NCBI GenBank assembly: GCA_046714435.1
Contig: JBKKAZ010000221.1
Location: 7,988-71,987, forward strand
Direction of reading: 5' to 3'
Length of the DNA: 64,000 nt
DNA from: Casimicrobiaceae bacterium
GTDB lineage: Bacteria > Pseudomonadota > Gammaproteobacteria > Burkholderiales > Casimicrobiaceae
The notes below the pieces were generated by a model, which saw only the letters and a list, made by a program, of their open reading frames with translations, ran no database searches and was not told the DNA's origin. This document shows, one piece after another, positions 9,283 to 19,037 of the stretch (positions are counted from its first letter, which is position 1; each line of letters opens with the position of its first letter). The translations under genes and the position numbers were made by a program.

Positions 9283-11076
9283 GTGCAGCGCATCCGCAAC
9301 TTCTCGATCATCGCCCATATCGACCACGGCAAGTCGACGCTCGCCGACCGCTTCATCCAGCGCTGCGGCGGGCTCGCCGACCGGGAAATGAGCGAGCAGG
9401 TGCTCGATTCGATGGAGCTCGAGCGCGAGCGGGGCATCACCATCAAGGCGCAGACCGCGGCGTTGCGTTACCAGGCGCGCGACGGCGAGATCTACCAGCT
9501 CAACCTGATCGATACGCCGGGCCACGTCGACTTCGCGTACGAGGTGTCGCGCTCGCTGGCGGCCTGCGAAGGCGCGCTGCTGGTCGTCGATGCCTCGCAG
9601 GGCGTCGAGGCGCAGACGGTCGCGAACTGCTACACCGCGACCGAACAGGGTGTCGAGGTCATTCCGGTGCTGAACAAGATCGACCTGGCGTCCGCCGAGC
9701 CCGAGCGGGTGATCGAGGAAATCGAGGACATCGTCGGCATCGACGCCCAGAACGCCATCCGGGCGAGCGCCAAGACCGGCGAAGGGGTCGACGACATCCT
9801 CGAGGCAGTGATCGCCCGCATCCCGGCTCCGCGCGGCGACCCCGAGGCGCCCCTGCAGGCGCTGGTCATCGACGCCTGGTTCGACAACTACGTCGGCGTG
9901 GTGATGCTGGTCCGGGTGATGAACGGGCGCATCAAGCCGCGCGACAAGCTGCGACTGATGGCGACCGGCGCCGTGCACGGCTGCGAGCAGGTCGGTGTGT
10001 TCACGCCCAAGTCGATCGCGCGTGACGAGCTTGCGGCGGGCGAAGTGGGTTTCGTCATCGCGGGCATCAAGGATCTGGCGGACGCCAAGGTCGGCGACAC
10101 CGTCACCTCCGCGACCAGGCCGGCCGTGGCGGCGTTGCCGGGCTTCAAGGAGGTGAAGCCCCAGGTTTTCGCCGGGCTGTACCCGGTCGAGTCGAACCAG
10201 TACGAGGCGCTGCGCGACGCGCTCACCAAGCTCAAGCTCAACGACGCCTCGCTGCACTACGAGCCTGAAGTGTCGCAGGCGCTGGGATTCGGATTCCGCT
10301 GCGGCTTTCTCGGGCTGCTGCACATGGACATCGTGCAGGAGCGGCTCGAGCGCGAGTACGACATGGACCTGATCACGACGGCGCCCACCGTTGTCTACCA
10401 GATCCTGCTGCGCGACGGCACCACGGTCGAGATCGAAAACCCGTCCAAGCTTCCCGACCTGTCGCGCGTCGAGGAGATCCGCGAGCCGGTCATCGCCGTG
10501 ACCATTCTGGTCCCGCAGGACTACGTGGGACCGGTGCTGACGCTTTGCACCGAAAAACGCGGCACGCAGAAGGACATGCAGTACCGCGGTCGCCAGGTGG
10601 TGCTGCACTACGAGCTGCCGCTTGCCGAGGTGGTGATGGACTTCTTCGACCGGCTGAAGAGCGTCTCCCGGGGCTACGCGTCGATGGACTACGAGTTCCT
10701 CGAGTTCCGCGCCGCCGACGTCGTGAAGCTCGACATCCTGATCAATGGCGAGCGCGTCGACGCGCTGTCGGTCATGGTGCACCGTTCGGTCGCCCAGTAC
10801 CGTGGCCGCGAGGTGGCCTCGAAGATGCGCGGGCTGATCCCCCGGCAGATGTTCGACGTGGCGATCCAGGCGGCCATCGGCGCGCAGATCATCGCCCGCG
10901 AGTCGGTAAAGGCCATGCGCAAGGACGTGCTGGCGAAGTGCTACGGCGGCGATATCACCCGCAAGCGCAAGCTGCTCGAGAAACAGAAGGCGGGCAAGAA
11001 GCGCATGAAGTCCGTCGGCAGCGTCGAGATCCCGCAGGAGGCCTTCCTCGCCATCCTCCAGATCGGCGAGAAATAG
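9283..11076 (+). CDS. lepA: Translation elongation factor 4
   Basis: [32 protein letters not shown] and C-terminal [25 protein letters not shown]. Confidence 0.98.
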   Translation: MQRIRNFSIIAHIDHGKSTLADRFIQRCGGLADREMSEQVLDSMELERERGITIKAQTAALRYQARDGEIYQLNLIDTPGHVDFAYEVSRSLAACEGALLVVDASQGVEAQTVANCYTATEQGVEVIPVLNKIDLASAEPERVIEEIEDIVGIDAQNAIRASAKTGEGVDDILEAVIARIPAPRGDPEAPLQALVIDAWFDNYVGVVMLVRVMNGRIKPRDKLRLMATGAVHGCEQVGVFTPKSIARDELAAGEVGFVIAGIKDLADAKVGDTVTSATRPAVAALPGFKEVKPQVFAGLYPVESNQYEALRDALTKLKLNDASLHYEPEVSQALGFGFRCGFLGLLHMDIVQERLEREYDMDLITTAPTVVYQILLRDGTTVEIENPSKLPDLSRVEEIREPVIAVTILVPQDYVGPVLTLCTEKRGTQKDMQYRGRQVVLHYELPLAEVVMDFFDRLKSVSRGYASMDYEFLEFRAADVVKLDILINGERVDALSVMVHRSVAQYRGREVASKMRGLIPRQMFDVAIQAAIGAQIIARESVKAMRKDVLAKCYGGDITRKRKLLEKQKAGKKRMKSVGSVEIPQEAFLAILQIGEK

Positions 11077-11079
11077 CGG

Positions 11080-11166
11080 GCGATCGGCGATGGGCGATCG
11101 GGAAGGCTTCGGTGGCGTGCCGACCGATCGCAGATTGCCGATTTGCGATCGCCGATTGCCCATCCC
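11080..11166. repeat. Inverted heptamer tandem arrays (hairpin) between lepA and lepB
   Basis: GCGATCG GCGATGG GCGATCG, then a 23-bp spacer, then CCGATCG CAGATTG CCGATTT GCGATCG CCGATTG CCCATCC. Confidence 0.8.
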
Positions 11167-11232
11167 CGTTGTGGGACAATCCCGCCCGCGCGCTGCCAGC
11201 CGCCGCCGGCACGTGCCCACCACGACACCCCG

Positions 11233-12060
11233 ATGAACTTTGCGCTGATCCTGTTCCTGCTGACCCTCGGCACCGGCATTGTCTGGCTCGCCGACCAACT
11301 GCTGTTCGCGCGCCGGCGCGGCAGCGACGCGCCCGAGCCGTGGTGGATCGAGTATCCGAAGAGCTTCTTCCCGGTGCTGCTGATCGTGTTCCTGCTGCGC
11401 TCGTTCCTCGCCGAGCCGTTCCGGATCCCGTCGTCGTCGATGCGGCCCACGCTGGTGGTCGGCGACTACATTCTGGTCAACAAGTTCAGCTACGGCTTGC
11501 GGCTGCCGATCGTCGAGCAGAAGGTCGTTCCGATCGGCGACCCGGCGCGCGGCGACGTGGTCGTGTTCCGCTACCCGGTCAATCCTTCGCAGGACTTCAT
11601 CAAGCGGGTGGTCGGCGTCGGGGGCGACCGGGTCGAGTACCGCGACAAGGTGCTCACGGTGAACGGCAAGCCGCTGCCCCAGCGCCCCGAAGGCAGCTAC
11701 AGCTATCTCGAGGGGCTGCGCTTCGAGACCACGGAACGGCGCATCGAGACCGCGAGCCCGGAGCACGGTACGCACGACTACACGGTCGCCATCAATGTCC
11801 AGGCGCCGTCGGTCATGCCGGGAGGGGTTCGGCAGTTCCCGGGCCGGGACAATTGTGACTACAATGAACGCGGCTTCCTTTGCAGGGTGCCGCTGGGCCA
11901 CTACTTCATGATGGGCGACAACCGGGACGCGAGCGACGACAGCCGCTACTGGGGCTTCGTTCCGGATGATCACATCCGCGGCCGCGCGTTCTTCGTCTGG
12001 TTCAACTGGGACGACATCGCCGGCTTCGCGTTCCAGCGTGTGGGCCGCGGCATCCGCTGA
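11233..12060 (+). CDS. lepB: Signal peptidase I
   Basis: EPFRIPSSSMRPTL, RGDVVVFRYP, DFIKRVVG and YFMMGDNRDASDDSRYWGFVP. Confidence 0.97.
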   Translation: MNFALILFLLTLGTGIVWLADQLLFARRRGSDAPEPWWIEYPKSFFPVLLIVFLLRSFLAEPFRIPSSSMRPTLVVGDYILVNKFSYGLRLPIVEQKVVPIGDPARGDVVVFRYPVNPSQDFIKRVVGVGGDRVEYRDKVLTVNGKPLPQRPEGSYSYLEGLRFETTERRIETASPEHGTHDYTVAINVQAPSVMPGGVRQFPGRDNCDYNERGFLCRVPLGHYFMMGDNRDASDDSRYWGFVPDDHIRGRAFFVWFNWDDIAGFAFQRVGRGIR

Positions 12061-12090
12061 CGCTGGTTTCGATACTCGAGGGAGAACGCG

Positions 12091-12474
12091 ATGCGCATGA
12101 CGTTGGCCGACCGGATCGATGACCGGCAGCAGGGCCTGACGATCCTGGGCTTCATGTTGGCGGCGGCGGTCGTGGTGATCTTCGCGATGGTCGGCTTCCG
12201 CGTGGTGCCGGCCTATGTCGAGTACTACTCGGTCAAGAAATCGCTGGAGGACACCTTGCGAAGCGGCAACGCCGATCCGAACAGTCCGGTCGCGTTTCGC
12301 TCCGAACTCGCGCGAAGGCTCCAGACCAGCTATGTGGAAAACGTGAAGGCGGCGGACGCGGTCCTGAAGCGCACCGGCAACCAGATCAGCGCCGAATTGA
12401 GCTGGGAGCGCCGGCTGCACATGGTCGCCAATGCCTACATCCTGCTCGAATTCGAGGCTACCGCGACGCGCTAG
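12091..12474 (+). CDS. DUF4845-family pilin-like membrane protein
   Basis: QQGLTILGF N-terminal motif plus a TM helix, at the conserved position between lepB and rnc. Confidence 0.8.
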   Translation: MRMTLADRIDDRQQGLTILGFMLAAAVVVIFAMVGFRVVPAYVEYYSVKKSLEDTLRSGNADPNSPVAFRSELARRLQTSYVENVKAADAVLKRTGNQISAELSWERRLHMVANAYILLEFEATATR

Positions 12475-12491
12475 TCGCGGTCAGGAAGCGC

Positions 12492-13187
12492 GTGCCCGAC
12501 GACCTGCGCCCGCGCCTCGGCTACAGCTTTCGCCAGCCCGAACTGCTCGCGCAGGCGCTCACCCATCGCAGCTTCGGCGCCCGCCACAACGAGCGGCTCG
12601 AGTTCGTCGGCGACGCGGTGCTGAACTGCGTCATCGCCTACGCGCTCTACGCTCGGTTCCCTGACATCGACGAGGGCGAGCTGTCGCGGGTCCGTGCCAG
12701 CCTCGTCAACCGCGACACGCTCGCCGACGTCGCGCGCCGGCTCGACCTCGGCGCTTCGGTCAGGCTCGGCGAAGGCGAGCATCGGAGCGGTGGAACCGAG
12801 CGTCCCTCGATCCTTGCCGACGTGCTGGAAGCGGTCTATGGCGCGGTGTTTCTCGACGGGGGATTCCGTGCTGCGGGCGAAGTGATCGAGCGCACCTACG
12901 GCGACCTGCTGCGTGACGCCGATCCCGTCGCCCTCGGCAAGGACCCGAAGACGCGGCTCCAGGAGTGGCTGCAGGCGCGCCGCCTCCCAGTCCCCGAGTA
13001 CCGGATCGTCGAGGTCGGAGGCGAGGCGCACGCGCAGACCTTCGTCGCCGAATGCGGAATCCCCGCGCTGGACATCACCGCGCACGGAAGCGGTGCGAGT
13101 CGCCGCGCAGCCGAGCAGGCGGCGGCCGAGTCGGCGTTCGCTCGTACTGGCGGCATGCTGGCGCCGGCCCCGGCGTCGCGCGACTGA
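12492..13187 (+). CDS. rnc: Ribonuclease III
   Basis: ALTHRSF, NERLEFVGDAVL and the dsRBD KDPKTRLQEWLQ. Confidence 0.97.
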   Translation: MPDDLRPRLGYSFRQPELLAQALTHRSFGARHNERLEFVGDAVLNCVIAYALYARFPDIDEGELSRVRASLVNRDTLADVARRLDLGASVRLGEGEHRSGGTERPSILADVLEAVYGAVFLDGGFRAAGEVIERTYGDLLRDADPVALGKDPKTRLQEWLQARRLPVPEYRIVEVGGEAHAQTFVAECGIPALDITAHGSGASRRAAEQAAAESAFARTGGMLAPAPASRD

Positions 13188-13196
13188 GTGAAACGC

Positions 13197-14087
13197 ATGA
13201 GCGCGATCGACCGCTTCCATTGCGGCCAGGTGGCTATCGTGGGCCGGCCCAACGTCGGCAAATCGACGCTCCTCAATCGGCTGGTCGGTCAGAAGCTCTC
13301 GATCACGTCGAAAAAGCCGCAGACGACGCGGCACCGGATCCACGGCATCCTGACCGAGCGCGGCCGGCAGTTCGTGTTCGTGGACACGCCGGGATTCCAG
13401 ACGCGACATCGCTCGCGTCTCAACGACCGGCTGAACCGCGCGGTGCGCCAAAGTCTGTCCGACGTCGACGCCGCAGTGTGGGTCGTCGACGCGGCAAGGC
13501 TGTTTGCTGCAGATCGCGACGTCGTCGCCCTGGTCCCGGACGACGTGCCGGTCGTGGTCGCGGTGAACAAGATCGATGTTCTTGCCGACAAGCGGTCGCT
13601 GCTGCCACGGCTCGCGGAGATTGCTCCACTGCGCGATTTCGCCGCCATCGTGCCGGTCTCGGCCGAAAAAGGCGCCGGGGTCGCGGCGCTTAAGGACGAG
13701 ATCGCGAAGCTGCTGCCGGAATCGCCGGCGATGTTCGGGGACGACGAGCTGACCGACCGCGACGAGCGCTTCCTCGCCGCCGAGTTCGTGCGGGAGAAGG
13801 TGTTTCGGCTGGTCGGCGACGAAATCCCTTATTCGACGACCGTCGGCATCGACAAGTTCGAGCAGGAGGGTCGGCTGCGCCGCATTTTCGCCAGCGTGTA
13901 CGTCACCAAGGCCAGCCAGCGCGCGATCATCCTCGGCGAAGCTGGCGCGCGGATGAAGTCGATCGCGACCCAGGCGCGCAAAGACCTCGAGCAACTGTTC
14001 GGTGGACCTGTGTACCTCGAGGTCTGGGTGCGCGTCAAGAAAGGCTGGGCGGACGACGATGCGTCACTCACGCGGCTCGGCTATTGA
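13197..14087 (+). CDS. era: GTPase Era
   Basis: GRPNVGKSTLLN, ITSKKPQTTR, DTPG, NKID and a KH domain (EIPYST, LEVWVRVKKGW). Confidence 0.97.
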   Translation: MSAIDRFHCGQVAIVGRPNVGKSTLLNRLVGQKLSITSKKPQTTRHRIHGILTERGRQFVFVDTPGFQTRHRSRLNDRLNRAVRQSLSDVDAAVWVVDAARLFAADRDVVALVPDDVPVVVAVNKIDVLADKRSLLPRLAEIAPLRDFAAIVPVSAEKGAGVAALKDEIAKLLPESPAMFGDDELTDRDERFLAAEFVREKVFRLVGDEIPYSTTVGIDKFEQEGRLRRIFASVYVTKASQRAIILGEAGARMKSIATQARKDLEQLFGGPVYLEVWVRVKKGWADDDASLTRLGY

Positions 14088-14093
14088 GATGCG

Positions 14094-14852
14094 ATGACCC
14101 GGCGCGCCCTGGCCGAGCGGCACGACAACGAGCCGGCGTTCGTGCTGCACGCCTATCCGTACAAGGAAACCAGCCTGATCGTCGAGGCGTTCGTGCGCGA
14201 CTTCGGGCGTGTGGGCATGGTCGCGAAAGGGGCCAAGCGTCCGCGCTCCGAGCTGCGCGGGCTCCTCCAGTCGTTTCAACCGCTCGCATTGTCGTGGGCA
14301 GGGGCGACCGAGCTAAAGACGCTGCTCAAGGCGGAATGGCGGGGTGGCGTGCCGCTGCCTTCCGGGCGAGCGCTGCTGTCCGCGTTCTACCTGAACGAGC
14401 TGGTGCTGAAGCTCCTGGCGCGCGAGGACCCGCATCCCAGGTTATGGGGCGACTACGAGCTGGCGCTGGAGTCGCTGTCCGGCGATCCGACCGCGGCCGC
14501 GCAAGCCGCGGTATTGCGGCGTTTCGAGGTGGGGATGCTCGCCGAACTCGGCTACGCGCTGCCGCTCACCCACGAAGCGGAGAGCGGCGCGGCGGTCGAC
14601 CCGGTACAACGCTACCATTACGCGTTCGACAAGGGGCCGCGGCGCGCCGTCGAGGAGCCGGGCGGGCGCTGGCCGGTGGTTCGCGGCGCAACGCTGCTCG
14701 CGCTGGCCGAGCAGCGCTACCCTGACGCCGAGACCGCGGCGGAGGCGAAGCGCCTGATGCGCGAGGTGCTCGACCACTACCTGGAGTCCCGCCGCATCGA
14801 GAGCCGTCGCATCGTTGCGGACCTGCAGTCGCTCGACGAGGAGGCACCATGA
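14094..14852 (+). CDS. recO: DNA repair protein RecO
   Basis: [32 protein letters not shown] and [17 protein letters not shown], plus synteny. Confidence 0.95.
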   Translation: MTRRALAERHDNEPAFVLHAYPYKETSLIVEAFVRDFGRVGMVAKGAKRPRSELRGLLQSFQPLALSWAGATELKTLLKAEWRGGVPLPSGRALLSAFYLNELVLKLLAREDPHPRLWGDYELALESLSGDPTAAAQAAVLRRFEVGMLAELGYALPLTHEAESGAAVDPVQRYHYAFDKGPRRAVEEPGGRWPVVRGATLLALAEQRYPDAETAAEAKRLMREVLDHYLESRRIESRRIVADLQSLDEEAP

Positions 14853-14868
14853 ACGGAGCACCGCATCG

Positions 14869-15636
14869 ATGATCGAGCTCGGCGTGAACATCGACCATGT
14901 CGCCACCCTGCGCCAGGCGCGGCGGACCTTCGAGCCCGACCCGGTGTGGGGCGCGGTGGAGGCTCACCTGGGCGGCGCCGACGGTATTACGGTGCACCTG
15001 CGAGAGGATCGCCGCCATATCCAGGATGAAGACGTGCGCAGGCTGCGCGAGCTCACGCACATCAAGCTCAACCTCGAAATGGCCGCGACCGACGAGATGC
15101 TCGGCATCGCCTGCCGCCTCAAGCCTGAAATGGCGATGCTGGTTCCCGAGGGCCGTCACGAGATCACCACCGAAGGAGGCGTGGACATCGCCGCGCAGCA
15201 AGCGAAGCTGCGCGCCGCGGTCGCGCGACTCGCCGATGCCGGCATCATGACCAGCGTGTTCATCGACGCGGATCTCGCGCAGGTAGAGGCTGCGGCCCAT
15301 ATCGGCGCGAGGGTGTGCGAGATTCACACCGGACCTTACGCGCACGCGTTCTACGAGCGCGGCCGCGATCCCGAGGCTCCGGCGGTGCTCGCCGAACTCG
15401 CGAAGATCCGCAAGGCCGGCGAGGCGATCCACGCCTGTGGCATGCGTTTCAATGCCGGCCACGCGCTCAACTACTTCAACGTCCAGCCGGTCGCCGCGTT
15501 GCCGGGTGTGCGCGAGTTGCACATCGGCCATGCGATCGTTGCCCGGTCGCTGTTCGTCGGCCTGCGCGAGGCGGTCCGGGAAATGAAGCGGCTGCTGCGC
15601 GAGGCGGCGCACCAAACCGGATCACGCGATGCGTGA
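14869..15636 (+). CDS. pdxJ: Pyridoxine 5'-phosphate synthase
   Basis: [45 protein letters not shown] and ELHIGHAIV. Confidence 0.96.
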   Translation: MIELGVNIDHVATLRQARRTFEPDPVWGAVEAHLGGADGITVHLREDRRHIQDEDVRRLRELTHIKLNLEMAATDEMLGIACRLKPEMAMLVPEGRHEITTEGGVDIAAQQAKLRAAVARLADAGIMTSVFIDADLAQVEAAAHIGARVCEIHTGPYAHAFYERGRDPEAPAVLAELAKIRKAGEAIHACGMRFNAGHALNYFNVQPVAALPGVRELHIGHAIVARSLFVGLREAVREMKRLLREAAHQTGSRDA

Positions 15637-15763
15637 TCCGAGAGTGACTGCGCCATCCCCGCGCAGGCGGGGACCCGGTGTCTCTCCGTTCCAGCCGGAT
15701 CACGTGACGCGTGATCCGAAAGCGACTGCGCCGTCCCCGCGCAGGCGGGGACCCGGTGTCTCT
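15617..15763. repeat. Tandem doublet of a 69-bp composite palindromic unit (78-bp period)
   Basis: Units 15617-15685 and 15695-15763 differ at 5 positions. Each has CGGATCACG-N5-CGTGATCCG plus the REP-like TCCCCGC-GCAG-GCGGGGA. Confidence 0.9.
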
Positions 15764-15782
15764 ACGTACAACGCGTGAGTCC

Positions 15783-16769
15783 ATGACAAGCACCCGGAAT
15801 CTTCCCCGCGGACCCGTAATGCTCGGGGTCGAGGCGCTCGAGCTCACCGCGACCGACCGCGAACGGGCGCTGCATCCGCTCTGTGGCGGCGTGATCCTGT
15901 TCGCGCACAACTTCGCAAACCGCGAGCAGCTGGCCTCGCTTACGTCGGCGATTCGCGCGCTGCGGGAGCCGTCGCTCTTGATCGCGGTCGATCACGAAGG
16001 CGGCCGCGTGCAGCGCTTTCGCGACGGGTTCACCAGCCTGCCGCCGATGCGGACGCTGGGCAAGGCCTGGGACCGCGACCTGGTCGCGGCGGTGCGCGAG
16101 GCGACGCAGATCGGATGGACCATCGCCAGCGAGCTTCGCGCCTGCGGCATCGACCTGTCGTTCGCGCCGGTGCTCGACCTCGACTACGGCGCCAGTACGG
16201 TGATCGGGGAGCGAGCGCTGCACCGCAATCCGAACGCGGTCGCGCATCTCGCCGTCGCGCTTCGCGCGGGACTAAATGCCGGCGGGATGGCAGCCTGCGG
16301 CAAGCACTTTCCCGGCCACGGCTTCGTCACCGCGGATTCGCACACCGACGTTCCGATCGACGACCGCGCCTATGCCATGATCGCGGCGGACGACCTGGTT
16401 CCCTTCGGCGCGCTGGTCCGCGCCGGACTGGAGGCGATGATGGCGGCGCACGTCGTGTACCCAGACGTTGACCGGGTGCCGGCGGGCTATTCGCATGCCT
16501 GGTGCACCGGGATACTGCGCGAGCGCATGGGCTTCGACGGCCTGCTGTTTTCCGACGATCTCGGCATGGCCGGCGCGTCCACGGCGGGCGACATCGTCGC
16601 GCGCGCCGACGCGGCGGTCGCTGCAGGCTGCGACGTTGCGCTAACCTGCAACGAGGTCGACGCGGCCGAAGCGCTGCTTGAGCGCTGGAAGCCCGCGGCC
16701 CAGCCGCAGCTCGCACGGCGCTGGGCGGCGATCGAGGGCAAGACCCCGGGATCCTGTCCGCTGCGTTGA
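15783..16769 (+). CDS. nagZ: Beta-N-acetylhexosaminidase (GH3)
   Basis: GGVILFAHN, LIAVDHEGGRVQRF, FAPVLDLD, CGKHFPGHG...DSH and FSDDLGMAGA. Confidence 0.96.
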   Translation: MTSTRNLPRGPVMLGVEALELTATDRERALHPLCGGVILFAHNFANREQLASLTSAIRALREPSLLIAVDHEGGRVQRFRDGFTSLPPMRTLGKAWDRDLVAAVREATQIGWTIASELRACGIDLSFAPVLDLDYGASTVIGERALHRNPNAVAHLAVALRAGLNAGGMAACGKHFPGHGFVTADSHTDVPIDDRAYAMIAADDLVPFGALVRAGLEAMMAAHVVYPDVDRVPAGYSHAWCTGILRERMGFDGLLFSDDLGMAGASTAGDIVARADAAVAAGCDVALTCNEVDAAEALLERWKPAAQPQLARRWAAIEGKTPGSCPLR

Positions 16770-16922
16770 CGTTTCGGGCCGACCTTTTGCCGTTTGGGTC
16801 GCGCCAAAGGGTGGTTCGTCGCAACGCGATTGAGCATTGCCTGACGCGCTCGTAGCCTTGGTCCAGCGCGTTGAACGCGATTCTGCGCGCGAGCCGAACC
16901 CAACGTAACCAAGGAGAGCACG

Positions 16923-17207
16923 ATGAACGCCAAGCAACGTCTCGGGTCCTTGCTGTCCACCGCTGCCGTAGCGCTGGTCGCGCTCGGCACGACGCTGTCC
17001 GCGAATGCGGCCAAATGTGCCTCGCCGCAAGACTTCGGTGAGCGCGCCGCCTGCGCCGCCGCGAAGGAGGGTGTCGATGCCTTGCGGCAGTATGTAAACC
17101 GCACGCGCATGATTCATCGCCTGCGGGTGCAGGACTTTGAAAGCGCGCTGCCGCCGACGTCACAGGCGACGGGCCGCGAACCGACCAAGGTCGCGATCGC
17201 GAAATAG
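16923..17207 (+). CDS. Small secreted hypothetical protein with two Cys
   Basis: RBS AAGGAGAG, Sec-type signal peptide ending ANA-A, and a C-x12-C pair in the mature part. Confidence 0.7.
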   Translation: MNAKQRLGSLLSTAAVALVALGTTLSANAAKCASPQDFGERAACAAAKEGVDALRQYVNRTRMIHRLRVQDFESALPPTSQATGREPTKVAIAK

Positions 17208-17270
17208 CGGTTTGCGAAATAGCCTGGCGGCGGGAAGTCGGAGTGCGCGGGGACGAACGCGCCTCCGGGT

Positions 17271-17301
17271 TCCCGCCGTCTCGTGACGGACGTCGGCGGG
17301 A
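17271..17301. terminator. Hairpin between convergent genes
   Basis: TCCCGCCG ... CGGCGGGA is an 8-bp GC stem in the convergent intergenic region. Confidence 0.35.
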
Positions 17302-17342
17302 CGGGCAGCGGCGTCCGGCAACTTGATCCTAATGCTCTGCAG

Positions 17343-18179
17343 CTAGCGGCCATGCGGCCGCTTGCCGCCGAGCTTGCGCGTCAGGTCCTCCGCAATGTGC
17401 GCGACCAGCGGCCCGAGATGCTTGATGCGCTCGTCGGTGAGCCGTGACACGGGGCCGGCCAGCGAGATCGCGCCGAGGCCCTCGGCGTGCTCGTCGTAGA
17501 TCGGGCTCGCGACGCAGCGCGTGCCGACCAGGTGTTCCTCGTCGTCGAACGAGAATCCGCGCTGCCGGATCACCTTGAGACTCGCCCACATCGTCTCCGG
17601 CGACGTGATCGTGTTTTCGGTGATCCGCGGCAGGCCCTTGACTTTGAGGATCGCGTCGATCTGTTCGTCGGGCAGCGTGGCGAAGATCGCCTTGCCGACG
17701 CCCGAAGCGTGCAAAGGCACGCGGCTTCCCAGGCGGACGATGGTGCGCATGGTCTCGTTGCACTGAACTTGGTCGATGAACACGGCCTCGGTGCCATCCA
17801 GGATCGCGAGATTGGCGGTCTCGCCGGCCTGCTCCATCAGCCGCCGCATGTACGGGTGGCTCTGGGCGACCCAGTCGCGCGAGGCGAGGAAGCTCGAACC
17901 GACGGTAAACGCGTGCAGCCCCACGTACCACAGGCTCAGGGCATCGTCCTGGTGGACGTAACCGCCATGCTCGAGGGTCGCGAGCAGCCGGTGGGCGGTC
18001 GACGGCGGGAGTTCGGTGCGGTGCGCGACCTCGGTGAGGGTAAGGCCGCCCTCGGCGCGCGCGAGGCATTCGAGGATCGAGAGCCCGCGGGTCAGGCTTT
18101 GCACCTGGCCCGAGCCGGTTGACGACTCTGACGGCGTGCGGCCGCGGCGTCGGGGTGGGGCGGAGCGGTGGAGCGTCAT
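17343..18179 (-). CDS. IclR-family regulator, AllR/BhcR-like
   Basis: QSLTRGLSILE HTH, GETANLAILD, IDQVQC..TMR, LHASGVGKA and GFSFDDEEH. ATG overlaps the upstream FadR stop (ATGA). Confidence 0.88.
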   Translation of the reverse strand: MTLHRSAPPRRRGRTPSESSTGSGQVQSLTRGLSILECLARAEGGLTLTEVAHRTELPPSTAHRLLATLEHGGYVHQDDALSLWYVGLHAFTVGSSFLASRDWVAQSHPYMRRLMEQAGETANLAILDGTEAVFIDQVQCNETMRTIVRLGSRVPLHASGVGKAIFATLPDEQIDAILKVKGLPRITENTITSPETMWASLKVIRQRGFSFDDEEHLVGTRCVASPIYDEHAEGLGAISLAGPVSRLTDERIKHLGPLVAHIAEDLTRKLGGKRPHGR

Positions 18180-18889
18180 CGCAGTGCGCGCAATCGTTCC
18201 CAGCTGTTGGCGAGGTGGGTACGCATCGCGGCGCGTGCGGCATCGGAATCGCCGCGCGAAATCGCCCTGACGACGTCCCGGTGCTCGCGGTTGACCTGCT
18301 GCAGATACTCGGAACGATCCTTTCGCGCCAGCGCCGCGCTGTTGATACGGGTGCGCGGAATGATGGTGCGGCCCAGATGCCGCAGCAGGTCGGCGAAGTA
18401 ATGATTGCGTGAGGCCTCGGCGACGCACAGGTGGAATTCGAAGTCGGGATCGACGGCGTCGTCGCCGGTGCAGGCTGCACGGGCGATCGCCTCCACCAGC
18501 GCGTTCATGCGGGCGACCTGACTGTCGCTGCGGCGCTTGGCGGCTAGCGCCGCCGCCTCGGTCTCGAGGCCGATCCGCAATTCGAGCAGCGCGAGCACTT
18601 CCTCGAGCGTCGCTCCGTCGACCTGCACGGCCGGAAACGGCACCGTGTCCGGCGGGAGTTCACCCGCGAACGAGCCAATGCCGCGTCGCGTCTTGACCAG
18701 GCCGCGTGCACGCAGCTGCGAGATTGCCTCGCGCACCACGGTCCGGCTCACACCGTAGATTCCGACCAGTTCGCCCTCGCTGGGAAGCTTGGAGCCTTCG
18801 GCGAATTCGCCCGATGCGATGCGTTCGCAGAGGGCGGCGACCACCTTCTCGGTCAGGTTCGGGCGGTCGAGAGCGAGTGTCGCAGGCAC
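18176..18889 (-). CDS. GntR/FadR-family transcriptional regulator
   Basis: GSKLPSEGELV..YGVSRTVVREAIS.L wHTH plus an FCD domain (DFEFH..VA.ASRN). Confidence 0.92.
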   Translation of the reverse strand: MPATLALDRPNLTEKVVAALCERIASGEFAEGSKLPSEGELVGIYGVSRTVVREAISQLRARGLVKTRRGIGSFAGELPPDTVPFPAVQVDGATLEEVLALLELRIGLETEAAALAAKRRSDSQVARMNALVEAIARAACTGDDAVDPDFEFHLCVAEASRNHYFADLLRHLGRTIIPRTRINSAALARKDRSEYLQQVNREHRDVVRAISRGDSDAARAAMRTHLANSWERLRALR

Positions 18890-18996
18890 GATGGCGGCTT
18901 AGCCGACGGGTCCAGGGCGCGGATCGGTTCGACCCGGTCCCAGGAGCAAGGCGCGCCGGGAGTTGACGAGCCCCACAAGGCGCATGATACCCTTCC

Positions 18997-19012
18997 TGTA
19001 CGACATCATACA
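18997..19012. promoter_or_regulatory. Putative FadR-family operator
   Basis: Imperfect palindrome TGTACGACATCATACA (12/16 self-complementary) in the divergent region between the FadR gene and udh. Confidence 0.6.
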
Positions 19013-19037
19013 AGTTGCACCGGTTTCGATCTCTTCC

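Noticed and set aside
9040-12420. 1126-aa minus-strand ORF, and similar long ORFs at 12471-13994, 23419-24924, 25838-27913 and 34912-37083
   Set aside because: These are antisense shadows of well-supported genes (lepA/lepB, rnc/era, GcvT-like, Na/Pi, ABC permease). They are expected in high-GC DNA and show no recognisable motifs.
15617-15763. Possible mini-CRISPR
   Set aside because: Only two units, each 69 bp long, separated by 9 bp. No cas genes or leader. It fits a REP-type doublet.
16770-16922. Possible riboswitch or sigma54 promoter upstream of the small secreted protein
   Set aside because: No match to riboswitch cores I can recognise and no TGGCAC-N5-TTGC motif.
18963-19037. N-terminal extension of the udh ORF (MTSPTRRMIPFLYDIIQ...)
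   Set aside because: It runs through the predicted operator/promoter and has no SDR similarity. The true start is probably downstream.
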